Below, in pieces: positions 41,338 through 50,261 of a stretch of DNA of 64,000 nt (position 1 is the first letter of the stretch; each line of letters begins with the position of its first letter). Made by a program: the position numbers and the translations under genes. Origin of the DNA: an uncultured archaeon (GTDB lineage Archaea > EX4484-52 > JAADEF01); the NCBI GenBank assembly GCA_964407715.1, contig CAYOWP010000003.1:15732-79731 (forward strand), read 5' to 3'. The notes beneath the pieces were generated by a model, which did not search any database, was not told the DNA's origin, and was given only the letters and a program-made list of their open reading frames with translations.

Positions 41338-42185
41338 TGGTTAACGAAAAGCAAATCTTGTCAATAGCACATTACACCAGCTAACCTCAAAAAAGGTACC
41401 ATGCTACAAAGCCTTCGTTGGAGGAATTCTTCCTGTTAACCATATCTCTTAATCTCTTAAAAAATAAAAAATTGGTTAACGGGAAACATAATCTCTTCAT
41501 TCAGCATATTGAAGCAGCTATCCTTTTTAGAAAAGGTTAGCATGCTACGAAGCATTTGTGAGAGCGATATCTTCCCGTTAACCATTATTTTAAAATAATT
41601 GGTTAACGGGAAACATACATTATCATAAAGCCATATCAGAGCAGCTAACCTTCAAAAGATGGTATCATGCTCCAAACCCTTTGGTAAGGCGATATCTTCC
41701 CGTTAACCAATTATTATTTTAAAAATTTGGTTAAGGGAAAAATAGCCAATTCATTTAGCATATCAGAGCATCTAACCTTCTTAACCGGTTAGAAAGCAGC
41801 TAACCTTTAAAAGAGGTTAGCATGCTGCAAAACCTTTCGGAGAGATATTTTCTCCCCTTAACCATATCATTTATTTTAAAAATGGTTAAGGGGAACCATA
41901 CCTTTCTCCTTCAGCATATTGAAGCAGCTAACCTCATGAAGGCGTTTTGAAAGCAGCTATCCTTTTTAGAAAAGGTACCATGCTGCAAAGCCTTTCTGAG
42001 AGCGATATTCTCCCATTAACCAATTTTTATTTTTTTTTTAAAATTAGTTAACGGGAAAACATACCTCATCGAGAACCACATTCCAGCAGCTATCCCTTTT
42101 TAAGAGGTTAGTGAGCCTCTAACCTTTCTAAGCAGTTATCATGCTACAAAGCCTTTGGTAATAGCGATTTTCTTGCGTTAACCAG
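41338..42185. repeat. Family B palindromic-module array (about 6 units). This is the clearest example of the alternating-orientation BIME-like architecture
   Basis: Each unit reads TGGTTAACGGGAAACATAcc-N12-CAGCATATTGAAGCAGCTAACC-linker-GGTTAGCATGCTGCAAAGCCTTT-NN-GAGAGCGATATCTTCCCGTTAACCA. Units are separated by AT-rich palindromic spacers. Confidence 0.85.
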
Positions 42186-42255
42186 TTTTCATTTATTTAT
42201 TGGAGATAATTGAAAGAGAAACTTTTTTAAATCCAAAAAATATATGGAAATATTA

Positions 42256-42314
42256 GCGATGATTAAGCCGTCCCAGGATGATAAAAAGATGATTATTTAG
42301 GGTAGCTCATGAGC
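42256..42314 (+). ncRNA. Candidate C/D-box sRNA-like element (about 59 nt)
   Basis: GCGATGATTA...GATGAT...GATTAT...CATGAGC; same organisation as the neighbouring candidate. Confidence 0.25.
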
Positions 42315-42349
42315 AGTACAATATCTTTTTCAAGAAATCTCATTAAAAA

Positions 42350-42407
42350 GGGCGATGATTAAAAGACCGTAAGATGATGTGTGATTATGTGAACACCCAA
42401 TGAGCCC
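42350..42407 (+). ncRNA. Candidate C/D-box sRNA (about 58 nt) with a GGGC/GCCC terminal stem
   Basis: gggc-GCGATGA(C-box-like)-ttaaaagaccgt-...-AUGAUGU(C'-like)-...-AUGA(D-like)-gccc. Confidence 0.3.
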
Positions 42408-42451
42408 TCTTAACAATATTTTTAAACACAAATTAAGGATAAATATATTAT

Positions 42452-43186
42452 ATGGCATTGCCTAAAAGACAAATAAAAGATGAAGAGCAAAGAAAAATTT
42501 TTGGAAAGATTTTTGATAATTTGGTAATCCAGGATCTCTTTAAATTAAAAGCAAAGGGCATATATGATACCTATGGAGGACTCTTAGAAGAGGGAAAAGA
42601 AAGCAGAATACTCTTGGTTTATAAAGATGAAGAGCCAAGAATTATAAAGATATACAAAATAGAAGCCGGGAACTTTAAAAATATGCTTCGATATCTTGAA
42701 GGAGATGAAAGATTTAAAAAGATTAGAGAGAGAAGGAGAGATATAATATATGCATGGTGTAAAAAGGAATATCATAATCTACTTATAGCAAAAAAAGTTG
42801 GTATATCTTCACCAGAACCTTATGATTATATTCATAATATAATTGCTATGGAGATGCTCGGAGAAAATGCTCCATATCCGCAGCTTAAGGATATCGTATT
42901 ATCAAAACCTGAAAAAGTTCTTAAAAATATATTATCTCAAATTGAAATCTTACTAAAAAAAGGAAAACTTGTACATGGAGATATAAGCGAGTTTAATATT
43001 CTTATAGATTCAAAAGAAAGACCCTATTTTATAGATTTTGGTCAAGCAGTATTAACATCACATCCATTTGCCAAAGAATTCCTTAAAAGAGACATAAAAA
43101 ATTTAATAAATTATTTTTATAAAGAATATAATATTGAAAATGATGCTGATGAAATATATGCAAGGATGTGTAACGGTGTATTTTAA
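42452..43186 (+). CDS. rio1: RIO1-type serine/threonine protein kinase
   Basis: LVHGDISEFNILI, IDFGQAV and flanking RIO motifs; no N-terminal wHTH, so Rio1 rather than Rio2. Confidence 0.85.
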   Translation: MALPKRQIKDEEQRKIFGKIFDNLVIQDLFKLKAKGIYDTYGGLLEEGKESRILLVYKDEEPRIIKIYKIEAGNFKNMLRYLEGDERFKKIRERRRDIIYAWCKKEYHNLLIAKKVGISSPEPYDYIHNIIAMEMLGENAPYPQLKDIVLSKPEKVLKNILSQIEILLKKGKLVHGDISEFNILIDSKERPYFIDFGQAVLTSHPFAKEFLKRDIKNLINYFYKEYNIENDADEIYARMCNGVF

Positions 43187-43731
43187 TGAGTTCTTATGAG
43201 ATTGTATTCTCGGTACCCGAGGATAGAATAGGTGTATTTATAGGTAAAAAAGGAGAGACAAAGAGAATGTTAGAGAATTCTCTTGGTGTAAAGATAAAAA
43301 TTGATACGCAAGATAGCAAAGTCATATTCATATTGGATCACGAAGATCCTTTAAAAGAGGTTAAAATACAAGATATCATGGATGCCATATCTCATGGCTT
43401 TTCTCCAGAGGTTTCATTGAATCTATTAGATGATAGATATGTACTCTATAAAATAAATTTAAGGGAAATATATGGAAAAAACAATAAAAAGACCATTACA
43501 AGATATAAAGGCAGAGTAATAGGTGAAAAAGGATCATTTAAAAGGAAGATAGAAGAATATACCGATACTAATATATCTATCTATGATGACTATATTTATA
43601 TTATAGGTAAATTAGAAGATGTATTAACTGCAAAAGAGGGAATTGAAATGATTTTACAAGGTGCAAAGCATTCATCAGTGATTTCCTTTTTTGAGAAAAA
43701 AGCTTTTGAAAAAAATCTCATGTTAAGATGA
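43186..43731 (+). CDS. KH-domain RNA-binding protein (aDim2/Pno1-like), overlapping rio1 by 1 nt
   Basis: Two GxxG-type KH signatures (IGKKGETKR, IGEKGSFKR); operon partner of rio1. Confidence 0.55.
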   Translation: MSSYEIVFSVPEDRIGVFIGKKGETKRMLENSLGVKIKIDTQDSKVIFILDHEDPLKEVKIQDIMDAISHGFSPEVSLNLLDDRYVLYKINLREIYGKNNKKTITRYKGRVIGEKGSFKRKIEEYTDTNISIYDDYIYIIGKLEDVLTAKEGIEMILQGAKHSSVISFFEKKAFEKNLMLR

Positions 43732-43741
43732 GGCGAATTAT

Positions 43742-44572
43742 ATGGCTAAAAAAGAAATATTTTCATTTTGGGGTCCTGTGATTGGAGCATTAAAAAATAA
43801 AAAAACAGCATTATATTTTGGATTGGCATTTGGAATTATTCAAATTCTTATCTCTCTAATCCTCTCTACGCATTATAGCTCTATAGCTATGCTTGCTATA
43901 ATAATTCTCTTTATTCTCTATATTTTATTGGATATAATGTTTTTAGGTGTCTTGGTCTCGTACATTCATCTACTAATGAAGAAAAAATCATATGTATCTT
44001 TGGACGATGAAACTCTAAATCTTAGAGATGTTTTATCAAAAGGTTTTGGTGCTTTTATTGTTAGTCTTATATGGGGAATATTAATAGTAGCAATTGGTGG
44101 AATCGTTATAGTGGCACTTTTTAGCTTACTCTTTTTTATTTTGCAATTATTAATCTCAACTCCCTCATTACTAATGCTCAGCGGTTTATCTGCTCTATTA
44201 TTAATTATCCTCATTTTAATGGGTATAGGAGGATATTATCTTCACTTCCTTATTAACGCATATTATTCCCTAAACTTCCGCGTTTCTGATGCTCTTAAAT
44301 TCAAAGAGATAATACGTAAAGCATTTAGCGAAAAATATCTTGTTGTGGTATTAAAGTCTATTTTAATGGGCATCTGCATTATGATTGTATTATCTCCTTT
44401 TATGATGGGATATTCAACATTTGAAAGCACACCTTATAAAGAGAATTTTTTAAATAACATTTTAAATATATTTCTTTTATTAATATCTTCAATTATAGGT
44501 GTATTTTCATCCTTTATTTTTTCCTATTATTCATTTGAAGGATATGAAAGGACAAAAAGTAGCATGTCATAA
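43742..44572 (+). CDS. Polytopic membrane protein, hypothetical
   Basis: 276 aa with several long hydrophobic segments. Confidence 0.5.
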   Translation: MAKKEIFSFWGPVIGALKNKKTALYFGLAFGIIQILISLILSTHYSSIAMLAIIILFILYILLDIMFLGVLVSYIHLLMKKKSYVSLDDETLNLRDVLSKGFGAFIVSLIWGILIVAIGGIVIVALFSLLFFILQLLISTPSLLMLSGLSALLLIILILMGIGGYYLHFLINAYYSLNFRVSDALKFKEIIRKAFSEKYLVVVLKSILMGICIMIVLSPFMMGYSTFESTPYKENFLNNILNIFLLLISSIIGVFSSFIFSYYSFEGYERTKSSMS

Positions 44573-44586
44573 GAAGGTGAGTTTTA

Positions 44587-44895
44587 ATGGCTGAACACGC
44601 ATTACAGATAAAACCACCTGAAGATGTCGTATTGGTTGTGATGGGCAAAAGCGGCCAACAATTTGAGTTGCCTGCTGGCAAATTCACATTAATAACATTT
44701 GATTATGAAGGAGATACATTGATATTTGAAGGCAAAACTATAAAACAAATAGCAACGCTAAAAACGATTTCAGATATGTTCTGGATGATATTGTCACTAA
44801 CAGCAAAAGGTTTTGAGGTCAAACCTAATGAGCCTCTCGAAATCTTAAAAAAAGTTTTAAATGAAAATACCTCTCAAAAGAAGAAGGAGCAGTGA
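44587..44895 (+). CDS. Hypothetical protein (102 aa)
   Basis: ORF overlapping the next gene by 4 nt. Confidence 0.4.
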   Translation: MAEHALQIKPPEDVVLVVMGKSGQQFELPAGKFTLITFDYEGDTLIFEGKTIKQIATLKTISDMFWMILSLTAKGFEVKPNEPLEILKKVLNENTSQKKKEQ

Positions 44896-45479
44896 AAGAA
44901 ATGGTAGAGAAATGTAAGAATTGCGGTTATAAAATTAGTAAAGATTGGCATTATTGTCCACGATGTGGTTTTTGTATTGATAGATGGTATGATAAGATCA
45001 ATTTTGGACTTGATGAAATAATAAATCATATTATCAGAGATATTCAGAATGTTCTATTCAAGAATGTGCTCAAAATAGATATAAAACCTCTCAACATAGA
45101 GGTTTCTTCTCAATCCCCTTCTACTCCACTTCACAAAGGCGCATATACGAGCAAGATGAAAAAAGAAAATAAAGAGCCTTCCAAATTCATAAGAAATGTA
45201 AAGGAAATCGTAGAGCCAGAAGCAAATATAATAAAAGGAGAAGATTTCACAGAGGTTGAGATGGATGTTAAAGGCGTAAAAAGCATAGATGATGTGTTTA
45301 TTGTGCTATATGACAACTCCGCTGAGATCAGAGCATATACAGAAAACAATGAAAAAATGTATTTTAAGATTGTTGAGATTCCTCCATATGCAGATGTTGC
45401 AGACAAAGTTCTAAAGAAAGATGGTAAACTAATCTTAAGATTTGAAATAATGGATTATTATGATGAAGATAGCCATTAA
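44892..45479 (+). CDS. Zinc-ribbon plus Hsp20/alpha-crystallin-like domain protein
   Basis: CKNCGY...CPRCGF zinc ribbon; C-terminal VEMDVKGVKSIDDVFIVLYDNSAEIRAY...KIVEIPPYADVADKVLKKDGKLILRFE follows the Hsp20 pattern. Confidence 0.5.
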   Translation: MKEMVEKCKNCGYKISKDWHYCPRCGFCIDRWYDKINFGLDEIINHIIRDIQNVLFKNVLKIDIKPLNIEVSSQSPSTPLHKGAYTSKMKKENKEPSKFIRNVKEIVEPEANIIKGEDFTEVEMDVKGVKSIDDVFIVLYDNSAEIRAYTENNEKMYFKIVEIPPYADVADKVLKKDGKLILRFEIMDYYDEDSH

Positions 45480-45486
45480 AAATAGG

Positions 45487-46626
45487 TTAGCTATTTATTA
45501 TGCTAATTATCGCATTCATATAATTCTCTACTGCTCTCTGAGTAGTCATCTCATGGAGCTTATGTTGATAAATAGTAGGTATTTGTAATGTAATTCCTCT
45601 CACGTTAACTCCATTCTGAAGTAATCTTCCCAATTCTGTTTTCCCTTCTTTTTTATCATAAATCTCATATGGAATGTTGTTATTCCTTAAGATTCTTACA
45701 ATGTCTGAAACAAAATTCTGATCATACTCGCTAAGTGCATCTCTACTTCTGATTATCACCTCTCCTTCCTCAATCTTATCTTTCTCTTCTTTTCTATACG
45801 GACGTGTATCCAACACGATTAAAGGAACATCCTGAGTTTTGAGAATTTCCTCATAGAAATGCTTAAGGCACTTCCAACTTTCACCTATCTCTTCACGAGT
45901 TGTGAATATCAAGGAAATCTTTTCTCTAAATAAAGAAGCATATTTTTTATCTTTAAGTAGAGCAAGAATAACTGAGATCGATATAGCATTATCAATTTGT
46001 CCATATATGTATCCTGTTGGTGAAATAATAAGAAATGGTTCAAAGGCAACTGGAGTATCTTCTCTCAGTTTATCCTTTTTTTCAAACCATTGAACATAAT
46101 AAGCGAGAGTTAACTTTATCCTATTATCATCTATATATGTTATATACTTTGGCGAACATGTACCTAGCAGTTTTCCTCTTGCTAAGATCTCTCCAGTTAA
46201 TGGATTATAAGCATACACTTTCTCATTAGTATATCTATTACAAATCTCCCTAATGGAATAAGGAGAAATTGTGTGAGATCTTGAAAACTCATCTTTATCA
46301 AATACAACAGCATCTTCATCAACAACATAAAATCCATGTCTATCTGTATGAATAGAGAATACTATCTCTGGTCGGGATGTGAGAATTGGGATTTTAGCAG
46401 GAATGTTATCAACTTCTGGAATTCTTAGAATGCCGTATACTGTCTCCGGTCGGGAAGGTAAAGCATAGAGATATTTTATTTCTTCTTTTTCAGTTATCCT
46501 ACATTCCTGGTAGTTTCGTTTTATATCCTTATAGATGGATCTCAATAATACATCTTCATATTTCACAACACATGGAGTATTAATTATTTCTTTAAGGATT
46601 TTCTCAAATTGTCTCTCCTTTTTCAT
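45487..46626 (-). CDS. M42-family (TET/FrvX-like) metallo-aminopeptidase
   Basis: HTDRHG, IDN, TTREEIGE, LDTR and YQHKLHE correspond to M42 metal-ligand positions. Confidence 0.55.
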   Translation of the reverse strand: MKKERQFEKILKEIINTPCVVKYEDVLLRSIYKDIKRNYQECRITEKEEIKYLYALPSRPETVYGILRIPEVDNIPAKIPILTSRPEIVFSIHTDRHGFYVVDEDAVVFDKDEFSRSHTISPYSIREICNRYTNEKVYAYNPLTGEILARGKLLGTCSPKYITYIDDNRIKLTLAYYVQWFEKKDKLREDTPVAFEPFLIISPTGYIYGQIDNAISISVILALLKDKKYASLFREKISLIFTTREEIGESWKCLKHFYEEILKTQDVPLIVLDTRPYRKEEKDKIEEGEVIIRSRDALSEYDQNFVSDIVRILRNNNIPYEIYDKKEGKTELGRLLQNGVNVRGITLQIPTIYQHKLHEMTTQRAVENYMNAIISIINS

Positions 46627-46685
46627 ATTCCTTTATTATAAAATTCAGTAAATTTTAAAAAATTAACGCATATAAACACATTCAA

Positions 46686-46948
46686 GACATTGTCCAATAA
46701 TTCTTTATTGTTAAGTGAAAACATAACCTCTCACAGAAGCGCATGAGAGCAGTTAACCCTTTGAGTAAGGCTACGCTTCCCGTTAACAAATTATTTTGAA
46801 TAGATAAAAATTGTTAACGGGAAGAAATCGCTATTACTACAGGTTTTGTAGCATGTCATCTTTAAGGTTCGCTACTTTAATGCGCTTCTTTAAAAGGTTA
46901 CTTTTCCGCTTAACAAAATTTGTTGATATGGAATTATTGGACAATGTC
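46686..46948. mobile_element. Family A MITE, full composite (about 263 bp), with 9-11 bp TSD cacattcaa(ga)
   Basis: Left flank ...acacattcaa|gacattgtcc...; right flank ...ggacaatgtc|cacattcaagag. Confidence 0.8.
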
Positions 46949-46963
46949 CACATTCAAGAGTCA

Positions 46964-47497
46964 TATTACAGCAGATAACCTTTTTTTGGCATATTACTTG
47001 CATTAACTAAACTCTTTATTTGGAAAATGGTTAAGGTAAAATATTCTCTCAATCAAGCACATTAGAGGGCAGATGATCTCTCTCTGAAAAATGATAGTGC
47101 GAGAAAAAACCTTCATAATGAGATCCTTAATAATTTTAGAATTTATTTTATAAAATCTGGTTAACAGGAAAATATCGCTAACATAAAGATTTTGCAGCAT
47201 GGCATCTTTTTAGGTGGTTAGCCGCTCCAATGTAATTGCTTTAGTGGTATGTTTCTCGTTAACCAAATTTTTATTTTGAAAGATGGTTAACGCGAGGAAA
47301 TCGTTTTCACAAAGGCTTTGCAGCATGCTAACTTTTTTTGGTTATCTGCTTTTGATATGGATCATCTCCTGTTTAATAAAATTGGTTAAGAAAAATTTAA
47401 TCTCCTTCTTAGGAGTATTACAGCAGCTAACCTTTTTTTAGCAGGTTATCATGCTGCAAAAACTTTCGTAATAATGTTTTTTTCTTCTGTTAACCAG
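46964..47497. repeat. Family B palindromic-module array (about 4 units)
   Basis: ggttaacgcgaggaaatcg..., tttgcagcatgctaac..., cagcagctaacc... Confidence 0.7.
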
Positions 47498-47563
47498 TTC
47501 TATCTTATTAAGATTCTATTGGAGCGGAAGAAAATTTTTAAATAAAATAAATAAAATCAATAA

Positions 47564-47575
47564 TTATAAATATAT
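47564..47575 (+). promoter_or_regulatory. TATA-like element upstream of tRNA-Ser
   Basis: ttataaatatat about 20-25 bp upstream of the tRNA 5' end. Confidence 0.3.
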
Positions 47576-47589
47576 TTGAATTTTCTTTT

Positions 47590-47673
47590 GTCGGGGTCGC
47601 CTAGCCTGGTATGGCGCCAGCCTGCTAAGCTGGTTCCCGTAAGGGATCGAGGGTTCGAATCCCTCCCCCGACG
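47590..47673 (+). tRNA. tRNA-Ser (anticodon GCU) with a long variable arm
   Basis: GTCGGGG acceptor stem, anticodon loop CUGCUAA, variable arm TTCCCGTAAGGGATC, T-arm GAGGGTTCGAATCCCTC, 3' CCCCGAC-G. Confidence 0.85.
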
Positions 47674-47680
47674 TTTTTTG

Positions 47681-47838
47681 GGCATTGTCCAATAATTTTT
47701 TGATGAGGATTTGTTAACGAGAAAATTCGTTCTTACAATCGCATTAGCTCTACAAGGTTCGCTACTTTAATGCGCTTCTTTAAAAGGTTACTTTTCTGCT
47801 TAACAAAATTTGTTGATATGGAATTATTGAACAATGCC
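47681..47838. mobile_element. Family A MITE half-element (about 158 bp) inserted into the T-tract 3 nt downstream of tRNA-Ser, with 8-9 bp TSD (c)gttttttg
   Basis: ...acgttttttg|ggcattgtcc ... ggacaatgcc|cgttttttgag. Confidence 0.8.
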
Positions 47839-47892
47839 CGTTTTTTGAGATTTGCAATAATCCTTTTAAAAAATATTTTTTAAGATAATAAT

Positions 47893-48942
47893 ATGCAATT
47901 CAACGTGGTTATGCTCGGCTCAGATGACTCTGCAATAAGGAAAGAAAGTTATTTTAGGAAAGTTCTCCTACATTTAAGAGAATATTGGAAAAGCATTCTT
48001 CTCCTCGTTCCATCTAAAGAAGGTAAGAAAGGATTTTATAAAGTAACAGATGGAGTATGGTATTATTATTTTCCTTCTTTCTTTCATCTTCTCCTCTTTG
48101 CATTGAGCAGACATAAAATAAAAGCAAAATTGATTATCACAATGGATCCTTTTTTGTATGGTCTTGTAGGCATGCTATTAAAACATAAAAAACTTAAATT
48201 GGTTATGGAATTACATTCGCAAAATCTTTTTAATAAAAAGTGGTTACAATACAGAAGAAGAAATCTGTTTTATCACATACTTGCAAGGTTAATACTACCT
48301 AGAGCAGATAAGATTAGAAGCGTATACTATGACAAAAAAATATTTTCTCTTTATAAAGATAAGATAGAGCTCGTACCTTCAAACTATACTGATACTAAGC
48401 TTTTTGTTCCAAACATAAATGAAAAAGAAAAGGAATATGATGTAATCTATGTTGGTAGATTTCATCCAGAAAAAAATATAGAATATCTTTATAACATAAT
48501 AAAACAACTAAACGAAAAAAAATATAGATGTTTAATCATTGGACGAGGATCTCTAAAGTATAAAATCATGTTACTGTCTGCTGGTTGTGAAATGATAGAA
48601 TGGGTTCCACAAGATGTTCTTGCAGAGTATTATAAAAAATCAAAAGTTCTAATATCCACCTCATACAACGAAGGTGGGCCACGTACGGTATATGAAGCAT
48701 TAGCATGTGGTTGTTTGGTCGCTATAACACCAACAGGTTTAGCAAGATTAACAATAGAAAAGCATCCATGTTGCGGAGAAATTATAAGTGGAGAAAATCT
48801 AAAAGAAGATGTACAGAAAATACAGCAACTTATTAAGGAATATCCAAAAAGAGCAAAGAAATGCGCCCACAATATAAGAAAAGAGTTGAATTATAAAAAG
48901 CAAATCAAAAGATATGGCGAGTTTATTAAATCTCTTTTATGA
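47893..48942 (+). CDS. Glycosyltransferase family 4
   Basis: EGGPRTVYEALACGCLV E-x7-E region. Confidence 0.75.
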   Translation: MQFNVVMLGSDDSAIRKESYFRKVLLHLREYWKSILLLVPSKEGKKGFYKVTDGVWYYYFPSFFHLLLFALSRHKIKAKLIITMDPFLYGLVGMLLKHKKLKLVMELHSQNLFNKKWLQYRRRNLFYHILARLILPRADKIRSVYYDKKIFSLYKDKIELVPSNYTDTKLFVPNINEKEKEYDVIYVGRFHPEKNIEYLYNIIKQLNEKKYRCLIIGRGSLKYKIMLLSAGCEMIEWVPQDVLAEYYKKSKVLISTSYNEGGPRTVYEALACGCLVAITPTGLARLTIEKHPCCGEIISGENLKEDVQKIQQLIKEYPKRAKKCAHNIRKELNYKKQIKRYGEFIKSLL

Positions 48943-49950
48943 TTTTTCAATTATTTTCTTTTCTATAATTGACCTTAATATTCCTCCATATTTTTCAAAT
49001 ATTTCTTTATTTGGAAAAGCAATAAACTCTATGTCTCTATTGAGTGGAATAATTTTTTGATTCCAAAAGGTCTCTTCTTTAAAATCTTTACCAACCACTA
49101 CCCCACCTAATTTTTTAATAAGATATGCTGCAGGTACATCATATGGATGTGCGCATAACATCTCAATGCTTGAATTTGCCTTTATACTTGGCCTTATATC
49201 TACTATCATGGAAAGTTTTCCTTCTATCATCCCTATCATTTGCCCTGCAGTAGTGAGGTATTGCTCATTAAATAATTCCTTTTTACCAAATCTTTTTTTG
49301 ACTTCTTCATAAAATTCATCTGCAATAGTTGCCGTGTATCTATAAGGATAAAAGGGAGCAACGAAACATATATGAGTATGCTCTATATCCCTTACGCTAT
49401 TATTTTCCATTTTCTTTGATTTCCAATTTTTGGGAGAGTTTATCTCTTCATAAGGTTGTTTTAAGATGTTGTAGATATATTTTGTTGGTTCTTTATTTTC
49501 AGATACCACAATAAACTCATAGATACACTCACGAGATGTCGGTAGTCTTCCCAATGCTACTCCCTTAATATCGCTAAGAGTGGTCTCTTTTCCTTTCCAT
49601 TCTCCCCATGCAAATATAAAATATGCTGCTCTTTCATCTCTCATTAACTCTCTTGAACCGTCAACTGGATCAATAAGCACAAAATATTTCGCATTTTCAC
49701 GAATTGGATAGGAATAATGCTCCGAAAGTATATTAAGGTCATTATATTTTCTATACAAATCATTCAAGTGTCTTCTATAAATATTATCTATTATAGTATC
49801 AATTCCATAAGATACATCGCAACTTCCTATGGTATAAACTTTTCTTATATCATTATCCTCATTTTGTATCTTTCTTAACTCTTTAATAGCATCCACATAC
49901 ATCTTAAATGCCACATCCTCTAATTCTCCTTCAATATCCATCTCTTCCAC
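48937..49950 (-). CDS. Inositol-monophosphatase/FBPase-family phosphatase
   Basis: FVLIDPVDGSREL (DPxDG[ST]) and YDVPAAYLIKKLGG (WD.AAG...EAGG-like). Confidence 0.6.
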   Translation of the reverse strand: MEEMDIEGELEDVAFKMYVDAIKELRKIQNEDNDIRKVYTIGSCDVSYGIDTIIDNIYRRHLNDLYRKYNDLNILSEHYSYPIRENAKYFVLIDPVDGSRELMRDERAAYFIFAWGEWKGKETTLSDIKGVALGRLPTSRECIYEFIVVSENKEPTKYIYNILKQPYEEINSPKNWKSKKMENNSVRDIEHTHICFVAPFYPYRYTATIADEFYEEVKKRFGKKELFNEQYLTTAGQMIGMIEGKLSMIVDIRPSIKANSSIEMLCAHPYDVPAAYLIKKLGGVVVGKDFKEETFWNQKIIPLNRDIEFIAFPNKEIFEKYGGILRSIIEKKIIEKS

Positions 49951-50261
49951 CTCTATTCTTTTCTATATATAATATTGTTAATGCAGATGCTACCCAATGG
50001 GCAGGCACCCATTTTGGAGTTTTTCCAGTTATCCAATACTTCTCAATATCCTTTCTTTCCACTACTCTTTTTGGAATTTTATCTATACATCTCCTCTAAT
50101 CCCTCTAACCTATCTGCATTCTTCAACATGTTCTCCCTCATTACAAATAAATTCTTTATATTATCTAAAAGATTAAATTTAAAAACTTTACTAAAATGAA
50201 ATAATAAAATTATCGAGATCTACAACAGAAAAGAGGTAATTTATTTTAAGGGTGAGAGTAA

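Noticed and set aside
41338-42185. Could the family B arrays be CRISPR arrays, with short variable segments between conserved repeats?
   Set aside because: The units are long (about 150 bp) and imperfect, and they alternate in orientation. The variable segments are only 12-13 nt and follow a loose consensus (CNTYTCAWNNARS) rather than being unique. There are no cas genes, no leader and no identical direct repeats of 24-40 bp.
47690-47760. A C/D-box snoRNA-like motif (tGATGAgga) inside family A MITEs
   Set aside because: The GATGA is not conserved between copies (the copy at 17806 reads taatgagga). No CUGA D box lies at an appropriate distance. The motif is part of the mobile element rather than an independent sRNA.
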